64,000 nt of DNA from NCBI RefSeq assembly GCF_009914755.1, contig NC_060925.1; one strand, 5' to 3'. The notes beneath the pieces are model-generated. The model saw nothing but the letters and a program-made list of their open reading frames with translations. It had not been told where the DNA came from and ran no database searches. Positions 1 to 12,865 of the stretch are shown in pieces. The position numbers were made by a program, and so were the translations under genes. How positions within the stretch are numbered: the stretch's first letter is position 1; each line of letters begins with the position of its first letter. This stretch comes from the human T2T-CHM13v2.0 reference genome, Homo sapiens.

Positions 1-3000
1 ATCGAATGGAATCAACATCAAATGGAATCAAATGGAATCATTGAACGGAATTGAATGGAATCGTCATCGAATGAATTGAATGCAATCATCGAATGGTCTC
101 GAATGGAATCATCTTCAAATGGAATGGAATGGAATCATCGCATAGAATCGAATGGAATTATCATCGAATGGAATCGAATGGAATCAACACCAAACGGAAA
201 AAAACGGAATTATCGAATGGAATCGAAGAGAATCATCGAATGGACCCGAATGGAATCATCTAATGGAATGGAATGGAATAATCCATGGACTCGAATGCAA
301 TCATCATCGAATGGAATCGAATGGAATCATCGAATGGACTCGAATGGAATAATCATTGAACGGAATCGAATGGAATCATCATCGGATGGAAACGAATGGA
401 ATCATCATCGAATGGAATCGAATAGAATTATGGAATGAAATCCAGTGTGATCATCATCGAATGGACCCGAATGGAATCATCATCCAACGGAAGCTAATGG
501 AATCAACATCGAATGAATCGAATGGAAACACCATCGAATTGAAACGAATGGAATTACCATGAAATTGAAATGGATGGACTCATCATCAAATGGATTCGAA
601 TGGAATCATCGAATAAAATTAATTGAAATCATCATCGAATGGAATCGAATGGTATCATTGAATGGAATCGAATGGAATCATCATCAGATGGAAATGAATG
701 GAATCGTCATAGAATGGAATCGAATGGATTCATTGAATGGAATCAGATGGAATCATTGAATGGACTGGAATGGAATCATTGAATGGACTCGAAAGGGATC
801 ATTATTGAATGGAATTGAATGGAATCATCGAATGGTCTCGATTGGAATCATTATCAAATGGAATCGAATGGAATCACCGAATAGAATCGAATGGAACAAT
901 CATCGAATGGACTCAAATGGAATTATCCTCCAATGGAATCGAATGGAATTATCGAATGCAATCGAATGGAATTATCGAATGCAATCGAATAGAATCATCG
1001 AATGGACTCGAATGGAATCATCGAATGGAATGGAATGGAACAGTCAATGAACTCGAATGGAATCATCATTGAATGGAATCATCGAGAGGAATCGAAAGGA
1101 ATTATGATCAAATGGAATCGAACGTAATCATCATGAAATGGAATCAAAAATAACCATCATCAATTGGTATTGAATGGAATTGTCATCAAATGGAATTCAA
1201 AGGAATCATCATCAAATGGAACCGAATGGAATCCTCATTGAATGGAAATGAAAGGGGTCATCATCTAATGGAATCGCATGGAATCATCATCAAATGGAAT
1301 CGAATGGAATCATCATCAAATGGAATCTAATGGAATCATTGAAAAGAATTGAAGGGAGTCGTCATCGAATGAATTGAATGCAATCATCGAATGGTCTCGA
1401 ATGGAATCATCTTCTAATGGAAAGGACTGGAATCATCGCATAGAATCGAATGGAATTATCATCGAATGGAATCGAATGGTATCAACACCAAACGGAAAAA
1501 AACGGAATTATCGAATGGAATCGAAGAGAATCTTCGAACGGACCCGAATGGAATCATCTAATGGAATGGAATGGAATAATCCATGGACTCGAATGCAATC
1601 ATCATCGAATGGAATCGAATGGAATCATCGAATGGACTCGAATGGAATAATCATTGAACGGAATCGAATGGAATTATCATCGGATGGAAACGAATGGAAT
1701 CATCATCGAATGGAAATGTAAGGAGTCATCATCTAATGGAATTGCATGGAATCATCATAAAATGGAATCGAATGGAATCAACATCAAATGGAATCAAATG
1801 GAATCATTGAACGGAATTGAATGGAATCGTCATCGAATGAATTGAATGCAATCATCGAATGGTCTCGAATGGAATCATCTTCAAATGGAAGGGAATGGAA
1901 TCATCGCATAGAATCGAATGGAATTATCATCGAATGGAATCGAATGGAATCAACATCAAACAGAAAAAAACGGAATTATCGAATGGAATCGAAGAGAATC
2001 ATCGAATGGACCCGAATGGAATCATCTAATGGAATGGAATGGAATAATCCATGGACTCGAATGCAATCATCATCGAATGGAATCGAATGGAATCATCGAA
2101 TGGACTCGAATGGAATAATCATTGAACGGAATCGAATGGAATCATCATCGGATGGAAATGAATGGAATCATCATCGAATGGAATCGAATAGAATTATGGA
2201 ATGAAATCCAGTGTGATCATCATCGAATGGACCCGAATGGAATTATCATCCAACGGAAGCTAATGGAATCAACATCGAATGAATCGAATGGAAACACCAT
2301 CGAATTGAAACGAATGGAATTACCATGAAATTGAAATGGATGGACTCATCATCGAATGGATTCGAATGGAATCATCGAATAAAATTGATTGAAATCATCA
2401 TCGAATGGAATCGAATGGTATCATTGAATGGAATCGAATGGAATCATCATCAGATGGAAATGAATGGAATCGTCATAGAATGGAATCGAATGGATTCATT
2501 GAATGGAATCAGATGGAATCATCGAATGGACTGGAATGGAATCATTGAATGGACTCGAAAGGGATCATTATTGAATGGAATTGAATGGAATCATCGAATG
2601 GTCTCGATTGGAATCATTATCAAATGGAATCGAATGGAATCACCGAATAGAATCGAATGGAACAATCATCGAATGGACTCAAATGGAATTATCCTCAAAT
2701 GGAATCGAATGGAATTATCGAATGCAATCGAATGGAATTATCGAATGCAATCGAATAGAATCATCGAATGGACTCGAATGGAATCATCGAATGGAATGGA
2801 ATGGAACAGTCAATGAACTCGAATGGAATCATTATTGAATGGAATCGAATGGAATCATCGAGTGGAATCGAATGGAATTATGATCAAATGGAATCGAATG
2901 TAATCATCATCAAATGGAATCAAAAATAACCATCATCAATTGGTATTGAATGGAATTGTCATCAAATGGAATTTAAGGGAATCATCATCAAATGGAACCG

Positions 3001-3127
3001 AATGGAATCCTCATTGAATGGAAATGAAAGTGGTCATCATCTAATGGAATCGCATGGAATCATCATCAAATGGAATCGAATGGAATCATCATCAAATGGA
3101 ATCTAATGGAATCATTGAAAGAATTGA

Positions 3128-4434
3128 ATGGAATCATCATCGAATGAATTGAATGCAATCATCGAATGGTCTCGAATGGAATCATCTTCTAATGGAAAGG
3201 AATGGAATCATCGCATAGAATCGAATGGAATTATCATCGAATGGAATCGAATGGTATCAACACCAAACGGAAAAATACGGAATTATCGAATGGAATCGAA
3301 GAGAATCATCGAAGGGACCCGAATGGAATCATCTAATGGAATGGAATGGAATAATCCATGGACTCGAATGCAATCATCATCGAATGGAATCGAATGGAAT
3401 CATTGAAAGGACTCGAATGGAATAATCATTGAACGGAATCGAATGGAATCATCATCGGATGGAAATGAATGGAATCATCATCGAATGGAATCGAATAGAA
3501 TTATGGAATGAAATCCAGTGTGATCATCATCGAATGGACCCGAATGGAATCATCATCCAACGGAAGCTAATGGAATCAACATCGAATGAATCGAATGGAA
3601 ACACCATCGAATTGAAACGAATGGAATTATCATGAAATTGAAATGGATGGACTCATCATCGAATGGATTCGAATGGAATCATCGAATAAAATTGATTGAA
3701 ATCATCATCGAATGGAATCGAATGGTATCATTGAATGGAATCGAATGGAATCATCATCTGATGGAAATGAATGGAATCGTCATAGAATGGAATCGAATGG
3801 ATTCACTGAATGGAATCAGATGGAATCATCGAATGGACTGGAATGGAATCATTGAATGGACTCGAAAGGGATCATTATTGAATGGAATTGAATGGAATCA
3901 TCGAATGGTCTCGATTGGAATCATTATCAAATGGAATCGAATGGAATCATCGAATAGAATCGAATGGAACAATCATCGAATGGACTCCAATGGAATTATC
4001 CTCAAATGGAATCGAATGGAAATATCGAATGCAATCGAATGGAATTATCGAATGCAATCGAATAGAATCATCGAATGGACTCGAATGGAATCATCGAATG
4101 GAATGGAACGGAACAGTCAATGAACTCGAATGGAATCATCATTGAATGGAATCGAATGGAATCATCGAGTGGAATCGAATGGAATTATGATCAAATGGAA
4201 TCGAATGTAATCATCATCAAATGGAATCAAAAATAACCATCATCAATTGGTATTGAATGGAATTGTCATCAAATGGAATTCAAAGGAATCATCATCAAAT
4301 GGAACTGAATGGAATCCTCATTGAATGGAAATGAAAGGGGTCATCATCTAATGGAATCGCATGGAATCATCATCAAATGGAATCGAATGGAATCATCATC
4401 AAATGGAATCTAATGGAATCATTGAAAGAATTGA
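3128..4434 (+). repeat. Short 1307-bp unit: A/B hybrid lacking one 468-bp subunit
   Basis: It starts with A markers (TCTAATGGAAAGG, GGTATCAACACC) but runs directly into the B tail (GAAATCCAGTGTG at ~3510). The next A landmark is at 4435. Confidence 0.88.
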
Positions 4435-7400
4435 ATGGAATCATCATCGAATGAATTGAATGCAATCATCGAATGGTCTCGAATGGAATCATCTTCTAAT
4501 GGAAAGGAATGGAATCATCGCATAGAATCGAATGGAATTATCATCGAATGGAATCGAATGGTATCAACACCAAACGGAAAAAAACGGAATTATGGAATGG
4601 AATCGAAGAGAATCTTCGAACGGACCCGAATGGAATCATCTAATGGAATGGAATGGAATAATCCATGGACACGAATGCAATCATCATCGAATGGAATCGA
4701 ATGGAATCATCGAATGGACTCGAATGGAATAATCATTGAACGGAATCGAATGGAATCATCATCGCATGGAAACGAATGGAATCATCATCGAATGGAAATG
4801 AAAGGAGTCATCATCTAATGGAATTGCATGGAATCATCATCAAATGGAATCGAATGGAATCAACATCAAATGGAATCAAATGGAATCATTGAACGGAATT
4901 GAATGGAATCGTCATCGAATGAATTGAATGCAATCATCGAATGGTCTCGAATGGAATCATCTTAAAATGGAATGGAATGGAATCATCGCATAGAATCGAA
5001 TGGAATTATCATCGAATGGAATCGAATGGAATCAACATCAAACGGAAAAAAACGGAATTATCGAATGGAATCGAAGAGAATCATCGAATGGACCCGAATG
5101 GAATCATCTAATGGAATGGAATGGAATAATCCATGGACTCGAATGCAATCATCATCGAATGGAATCGAATGGAATCATCGAATGGACTCGAATGGAATAA
5201 TCATTGAACGGAATCGAATGGAATCATCATCGGATGGAAATGAATGGAATCATCATCGAATGGAATCGAATAGAATTATGGAATGAAATCCAGTGTGATC
5301 ATCATCGAATGGACCCGAATGGAATCATCATCCAACGGAAGCTAATGGAATCAACATCGAATGAATCAAATGGAAACACCATCGAATTGAAACGAATGGA
5401 ATTACCATGAAATTCAAATGGATGGACTCATCATCAAATGGATTCGAGTGGAATCATCAAATAAAATTGATTGAAATCATCATCGAATGGAATCGAATGG
5501 TATCATTGAATGGAATCGAATGGAATCATCATCAGATGGAAATGAAAGGAATCGTCATAGAATGGAATCGAATGGATTCATTGAATGGAATCAGATGGAA
5601 TCATCGAATGGACTGGAATGGAATCATTGAATGGACTCGAAAGGGATCATTATTGAATGGAATTGAATGGAATCATCGAATGGTCTCGATTGGAATCATT
5701 ATCAAATGGAATCGAATGGAATCACCGAATAGAATCGAATGGAACAATCATCGAATGGACTCAAATGGAATTATCCTCAAATGGAATCGAATGGAATTAT
5801 CGAATGCAATCGAATGGAATTATCGAATGCAATCGAATAGAATCAACGAATGGACTCGAATGGAATCATCGAATGGAATGGAATGGAACAGTCAATGAAC
5901 TCGAATGGAATCATCATTGAATGGAATCGAATGGAATCATCGAGTGGAATCTAAAGGAATTATGACCAAATGGAATCGAATGTAATCATCATCAAATGGA
6001 ATCAAAAATAAACATCATCAATTGGTATTGAATGGAATTGTCATCAAATGGAATTCAAAGGAATCATCATCAAATGGAACCGAATGGAATCCTCATTGAA
6101 TGGAAATGAAAGGGGTCATCATCTAATGGAATCGCATGGAATCATCATCAAATGGAATCGAATGGAATCATCATCAAATGGAATCTAATGGAATCATTGA
6201 ACAGAATTGAATGGAATAGTCATCGAATGAATTGAATGCAATCATCGAATGGTCTCGAATGGAATCATCTTCTAATGGAAAGGAATGGAATCATCGCATA
6301 GAATCGAATGGAATTATCATCGAATGGAATCGAATGATATCAACACCAAACGGAAAATAACGGAATTATCGAATGGAATCGAAGAGAATCTTCGAACGGA
6401 CCCGAATGGAATCATCTAATGGAATGGAATGGAATAATCCATGGACTCGAATGCAATCATCATCGAATGGAATCGAATGGAATCATCGAATGGACTCGAA
6501 TGGAATAATCATTGAACGGAATCGAATGGAATCATCATCGGATGGAAACGAATGGAATCATCATCGAATGGAAATGAAAGGAGTCATCATCTAATGGAAT
6601 TGCATGGAATCATCATCAAATGGAATCGAATGGAATCAACATCAAATGGAATCAAATGGAATCATTGAACGGAATTGAATGGAATCGTCATCGAATGAAT
6701 TGAATGCAATCATCGAATGGTCTCAAATGGAATCATCTTCAAATGGAATGGAATGGAATCATCGCATAGAATCGAATGGAATTATCATCGAATGGAATCG
6801 AATGGAATCAACATCAAACGGAAAAAAACGGAATTATCGAATGGAATCGAAGAGAATCATCGAATGGACCCGAATGGAATCATCTAATGGAATGGAATGG
6901 AATAATCCATGGACTCGAATGCAATCATCATCGAATGGAATCGAATGGAATCATCGAATGGACTCGAATGGAATAATCATTGAACGGAATCGAATGGAAT
7001 CATCATCGGATGGAAATGAATGGAATCATCATCGAATGGAATCGAATAGAATTATGGAATGAAATCCAGGGTGATCATCATCGAATGGACCCGAATGGAA
7101 TCATCATCCAACGGAAGCTAATGGAATCAACATCGAATGAATCAAATGGAAACACCATCGAATTGAAACGAATGGAATTATCATGAAATTGAAATGGATG
7201 GACTCATCATCGAATGGATTCGAATGGAATCATCGAATAAAATTGATTGAAATCATCATCGAATGGAATCGAATGGTATCATTGAATGGAATCGAATGGA
7301 ATCATCCTCAGATGGAAATGAATGGAATCGTCATAGAATGGAATCGAATGGATTCATTGAATGGAATCAGATGGAATCATCGAATGGACTGGAATGGAAT

Positions 7401-7986
7401 CATTGAATGGACTCGAAAGGGATCATGATTGAATGGAATTGAATGGAATCATCGAATGGTCTCGATTGGAATCATTATCAAATGGAATCGAATGGAATCA
7501 CCGAATAGAATCGAATGGAACAATCATCGAATGGACTCAAATGGAATTATCCTCAAATGGAATCGAATGGAATTATCGAATGCAATCGAATGGAATTATC
7601 GAATGCAATCGAATAGAATCATCGAATGGACTCGAATGGAATCATCGAATGGAATGGAATGGAACAGTCAATGAACTCGAATGGAATCATCATTGAATGG
7701 AATCGAATGGAATCATCGAGTGGAATCGAATGGAATTATGATCAAATGGAATCGAATGTAATCATCATCAAATGGAATCAAAAATAACCATCATCAATTG
7801 GTATTGAATGGAATTGTCATCAAATGGAATTCAAAGGAATCATCATCAAATGGAACCGAATGGAATCCTCATTGAATGGAAATGAAAGGGGTCATCATCT
7901 AATGGAATCGCATGGAATCATCATAAAATGGAATCGAATGGAATCAACATCAAATGGAATCAAATGGAATCATTGAACGGAATTGA

Positions 7987-9313
7987 ATGGAATCGTCATC
8001 GAATGAATTGGATGCAATCATCGAATGGTCTCGAATGGAATCTTCTTCAAATGGAATGGAATGGAATCATCGCATAGAATCGAATGGAATTATCATCGAA
8101 TGGAATCGAATGGAATCAACATCAAACGGAAAAAAACGGAATTATCGAATGGAACCGAAGAGAATCATCGAATGGATCCGAATGGAATCATCTAATAGAA
8201 TGGAATGGAATAATCCATGGACTCGAATGCAATCATCATCGAATGGAATCGAATGGAATCATCGAATGGACTCGAATGGAATAATCATTGAACGGAATCG
8301 ATTGGAATCATCATCGGATGGAAACGAATGGAATCATCATCGAATGGAAATGAAAGGAGTCATCATCTAATGGAATTGCATGGAATCATCATAAAATGGA
8401 ATCGAATGGAATCAACATCAAATGGAATCAAATGGAATCATTGAACGGAATTGAATGGAATCGTCATCGAATGAATTGACTGCAATCATCCAATGGTCTC
8501 GAATGGAATCATCTTCAAATGGAATGGAATGGAATCATCGCATAGAATCGAATGGAATTATCATCGAATGGAATCGAATGGAATCAACATCCAACGGAAA
8601 AAAACGGAATTATCGAATGGAATCGAAGAGAATCATCGAATGGACCCGAATGGAATCATCTAATGGAATGGAATGGAATAATCCATGGACTCGAATGCAA
8701 TCATCATCGAATGGAATCGAATGGAATCATCGAATGGACTCGAAAGGGATCATGATTGAATGGAATTGAATGGAATCATCGAATGGTCTCGATTGGAATC
8801 ATTATCAAATGGAATCGAATGGAATCACCGAATAGAATCGAATGGAACAATCATCGAATGGACTCAAATGGAATTATCCTCCAATGGAATGGAATGGAAT
8901 TATCGAATGCAATCGAATGGAATTATCGAATGCAATCGAATAGAATCATCGAATGGACTCGAATGGAATCATCGAATGGAATGGAATGGAACAGTCAATG
9001 AACTCGAATGGAATCATCATTGAATGGAATCGAATGGAATCATCGAGTGGAATCGAATGGAATTATGATCAAATGGAATCGAATGTAATCATCATCAAAT
9101 GGAATCAAAAATAACCATCATCAATTGGTATTGAATGGAATTGTCATCAAATGGAATTCAAAGGAATCATCATCAAATGGAACCGAATGGAATCCTCATT
9201 GAATGGAAATGAAAGGGGTCATCATCTAATGGAATCGCATGGAATCATCATCAAATGGAATCGAATGGAATCATCATCAAATGGAATCTAATGGAATCAT
9301 TGAACAGAATTGA
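7987..9313 (+). repeat. 1327-bp unit with a 449-bp deletion in the B tail
   Basis: B landmark 8455 to next A 9314 is 859 bp rather than 1308. The junction reads CATCGAATGGACTCGAA|AGGGATCATG at ~8732-8750. Confidence 0.9.
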
Positions 9314-11089
9314 ATGGAATCGTCATCGAATGAATTGAATGCAATCATCGAATGGTCTCGAATGGATTCATCTTCTAATGGAAAGGAATGGAATCATCGC
9401 ATAGAATCGAATGGAATTATCATCGAATGGAATCGAATGGTATCAACACCAAACGGAAAAAAACGGAATTATCGAATGGAATCGAAGAGAATCTTCGAAC
9501 GGACCCGAATGGAATCATCTAATGGAATGGAATGGAATAATCCATGGACTCGAATGCAATCATCATCGAATGGAATCGAATGGAATCATCGAATGGACTC
9601 GAATGGAATAATCATTGAACGGAATCGATTGGAATCATCATCGGATGGAAACGAATGGAATCATCATCGAATGGAAATGAAAGGAGTCATCATCTAATGG
9701 AATTGCATGGAATCATCATAAAATGGAATCGAATGGAATCAACATCAAATGGAATCAAATGGAATCATTGAACGGAATTGAATGGAATCGTCATCGAATG
9801 AATTGACTGCAATCATCCAATGGTCTCGAATGGAATCATCTTCAAATGGAATGGAATGGAATCATCGCATAGAATCGAATGGAATTATCATCGAATGGAA
9901 TCGAATGGAATCAACATCCAACGGAAAAAAACGGAATTATCGAATGGAATCGAAGAGAATCATCGAATGGACCCGAATGGAATCATGTAATGGAATGGAA
10001 TGGAATAATCCATGGACTCGAATGCAATCATCATCGAATGGAATCGAATGGAATCATCGAATGGACTCGAATGGAATAATCATTGAACGGAATCGAATGG
10101 AATCATCATCGGATGGAAATGAATGGAATCATCATCGAATGGAATCGAATAGAATTATGGAATGAAATCCAGTGTGATCATCATCGAATGGACCCGAATG
10201 GAATCATCATCCAACGGAAGCTAATGGAATCAACATCGAATGAATCAAATGGAAACACCATCGAATTGAAACGAATGGAATTATCATGAAATTGAAATGG
10301 ATGGACTCATCATCGAATGGATTCGAATGGAATCATCGAATAAAATTGATTGAAATCATCATCGAATGGAATCGAATGGTATCATTGAATGGAATCGAAT
10401 GGAATCATCATCAGATGGAAATGAATGGAATCGTCATAGAATGGAATCGAATGGATTCATTGAATGGAATCAGATGGAATCATCGAATGGACTGGAATGG
10501 AATCATTGAATGGACTCGAAAGGGATCATGATTGAATGGAATTGAATGGAATCATCGAATGGTCTCGATTGGAATCATTATCAAATGGAATCGAATGGAA
10601 TCACCGAATAGAATCGAATGGAACAATCATCGAATGGACTCAAATGGAATTATCCTCCAATGGAATCGAATGGAATTATCGAATGCAATCGAATGGAATT
10701 ATCGAATGCAATCGAATAGAATCATCGAATGGACTCGAATGGAATCATCGAATGGAATGGAATGGAACAGTCAATGAACTCGAATGGAATCATCATTGAA
10801 TGGAATCGAATGGAATCATCGAGTGGAATCGAATGGAAATATGATCAAATGGAATCGAATGTAATCATCATCAAATGGAATCAAAAATAACCATCATCAA
10901 TTGGTATTGAATGGAATTGTCATCAAATGGAATTCAAAGGAATCAATATCAAATGGAACCGAATGGAATCCTCATTGAATGGAAATGAAAGGGGTCATCA
11001 TCTAATGGAATCGCATGGAATCATCATCAAATGGAATCGAATGGAATCATCATCAAATGGAATCTAATGGAATCATTGAACAGAATTGA

Positions 11090-12865
11090 ATGGAATCGTC
11101 ATCGAATGAATTGAATGCAATCATCGAATGGTCTCGAATGGAATCATCTTCTAATGGAAAGGAATGGAATCATCGCATAGAATCGAATGGAATTATCATC
11201 GAATGGAATCGAATGGCATCAACACCAAACGGAAAAAAACGGAATTATCGAATGGAATCGAAGAGAATCTTCGAACGGACCCGAATGGAATCATCTAATG
11301 GAATGGAATGGAATAATCCATGGACTCGAATGCAATCATCATCGAATGGAATCGAATGGAATCATCGAATGGACTCGAATGGAATAATCATTGAACGGAA
11401 TCGAATGGAATCATCATCGGATGGAAACGAATGGAATCATCATCGAATGGAAATGAAAGGAGTCATCATCTAATGGAATTGCATGGAATCATCATAAAAT
11501 GGAATCGAATGGAATCAACATCAAATGGAATCAAATGGAATCATTGAACGGAATTGAATGGAATCGTCATCGAATGAATTGACTGCAATCATCCAATGGT
11601 CTCGAATGGAATCATCTTCAAATGGAATGGAATGGAATCATCGCATAGAATCGAATGGAATTATCATCGAATGGAATCGAATGGAATCAACATCAAACGG
11701 AAAAAAACGGAATTATCGAATGGAATCGAAGAGAATCATCGAATGGACCCGAATGGAATCATCTAATGGAATGGAATGGAATAATCCATGGACTCGAATG
11801 CAATCATCATCGAATGGAATCGAATGGAATCATCGAATGGACTCGAATGGAATAATCATTGAACGGAATCGAATGGAATCATCATCGGATGGAAATGAAT
11901 GGAATCATCATCGAATGGAATCGAATAGAATTATGGAATGAAATCCAGTGTGATCATCATCGAATGGACCCGAATGGAATCATCATCCAACGGAAGCTAA
12001 TGGAATCAACATCGAATGAATCGAATGGAAACACCATCGAATTGAAACGAATGGAATTATCATGAAATTGAAATAGATGGACTCATCATCGAATGGATTC
12101 GAATGGAATCATCGAATAAAATTGATTGAAATCATCATCGAATGGAATCGAATGGTATCATTGAATGGAATCGAATGGAATCATCATCAGATGGAAATGA
12201 ATGGAATCGTCATAGAATGGAATCGAATGGATTCATTGAATGGAATCAGATGGAATCATCGAATGGACTGGAATGGAATCATTGAATGGACTCGAAAGGG
12301 ATCATGATTGAATGGAATTGAATGGAATCATCGAATGGTCTCGATTGGAATCATTATCAAATGGAATCGAATGGAATCACCGAATAGAATCGAATGGAAC
12401 AATCATCGAATGGACTCAAATGGAATTATCCTCAAATGGAATCGAATGGAATTATCGAATGCAATCGAATGGAATTTTCGAATGCAATCGAATAGAATCA
12501 TCGAATGGACTCGAATGGAATCATCGAATGGAATGGAATGGAACAGTCAATGAACACGAATGGAATCATCATTGAATGGAATCGAATGGAATCATCGAGT
12601 GGAATCGAATTGAATTATGATCAAATGGAATCGAATGTAATCATCATCAAATGGAATCAAAAATAACCATCATCAATTGCTATTGAATGGAATTGTCATC
12701 AAATGGAATTCAAAGGAATCATCATCAAATGGAACCGAATGGAATCCTCATTGAATGGAAATGAAAGGGGTCATCATCTAATGGAATCGCATGGAATCAT
12801 CATCAAATGGAATCAAATGGAATCATCATCAAATGGAATCTAATGGAATCATTGAACAGAATTGA
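11090..12865 (+). repeat. Representative full-length 1776-bp unit (A subunit 11090-11557; B subunit plus tail 11558-12865)
   Basis: The landmark ATGGAATCGTCATCGAATGAATTGA occurs at 11090, 11558 and 12866 (spacings 468 and 1308). A carries TTCTAATGGAAAGG, GGTATCAACACC and AATCTTCGAACGG. B carries GACTGC, TTCAAATGGAATGG and GAATCAACATC, followed by the CCAGTGTGATC...GGAAGCTAA tail. Confidence 0.93.

Noticed and set aside
194-208. AAACGGAAAAAAACGG A-tract as a terminator, poly-A remnant or regulatory site
   Set aside because: It is a fixed variant of the satellite motif, present twice per unit and replaced by GGAATCAAGCGG in subunit C. It has no hairpin or target-site duplication.
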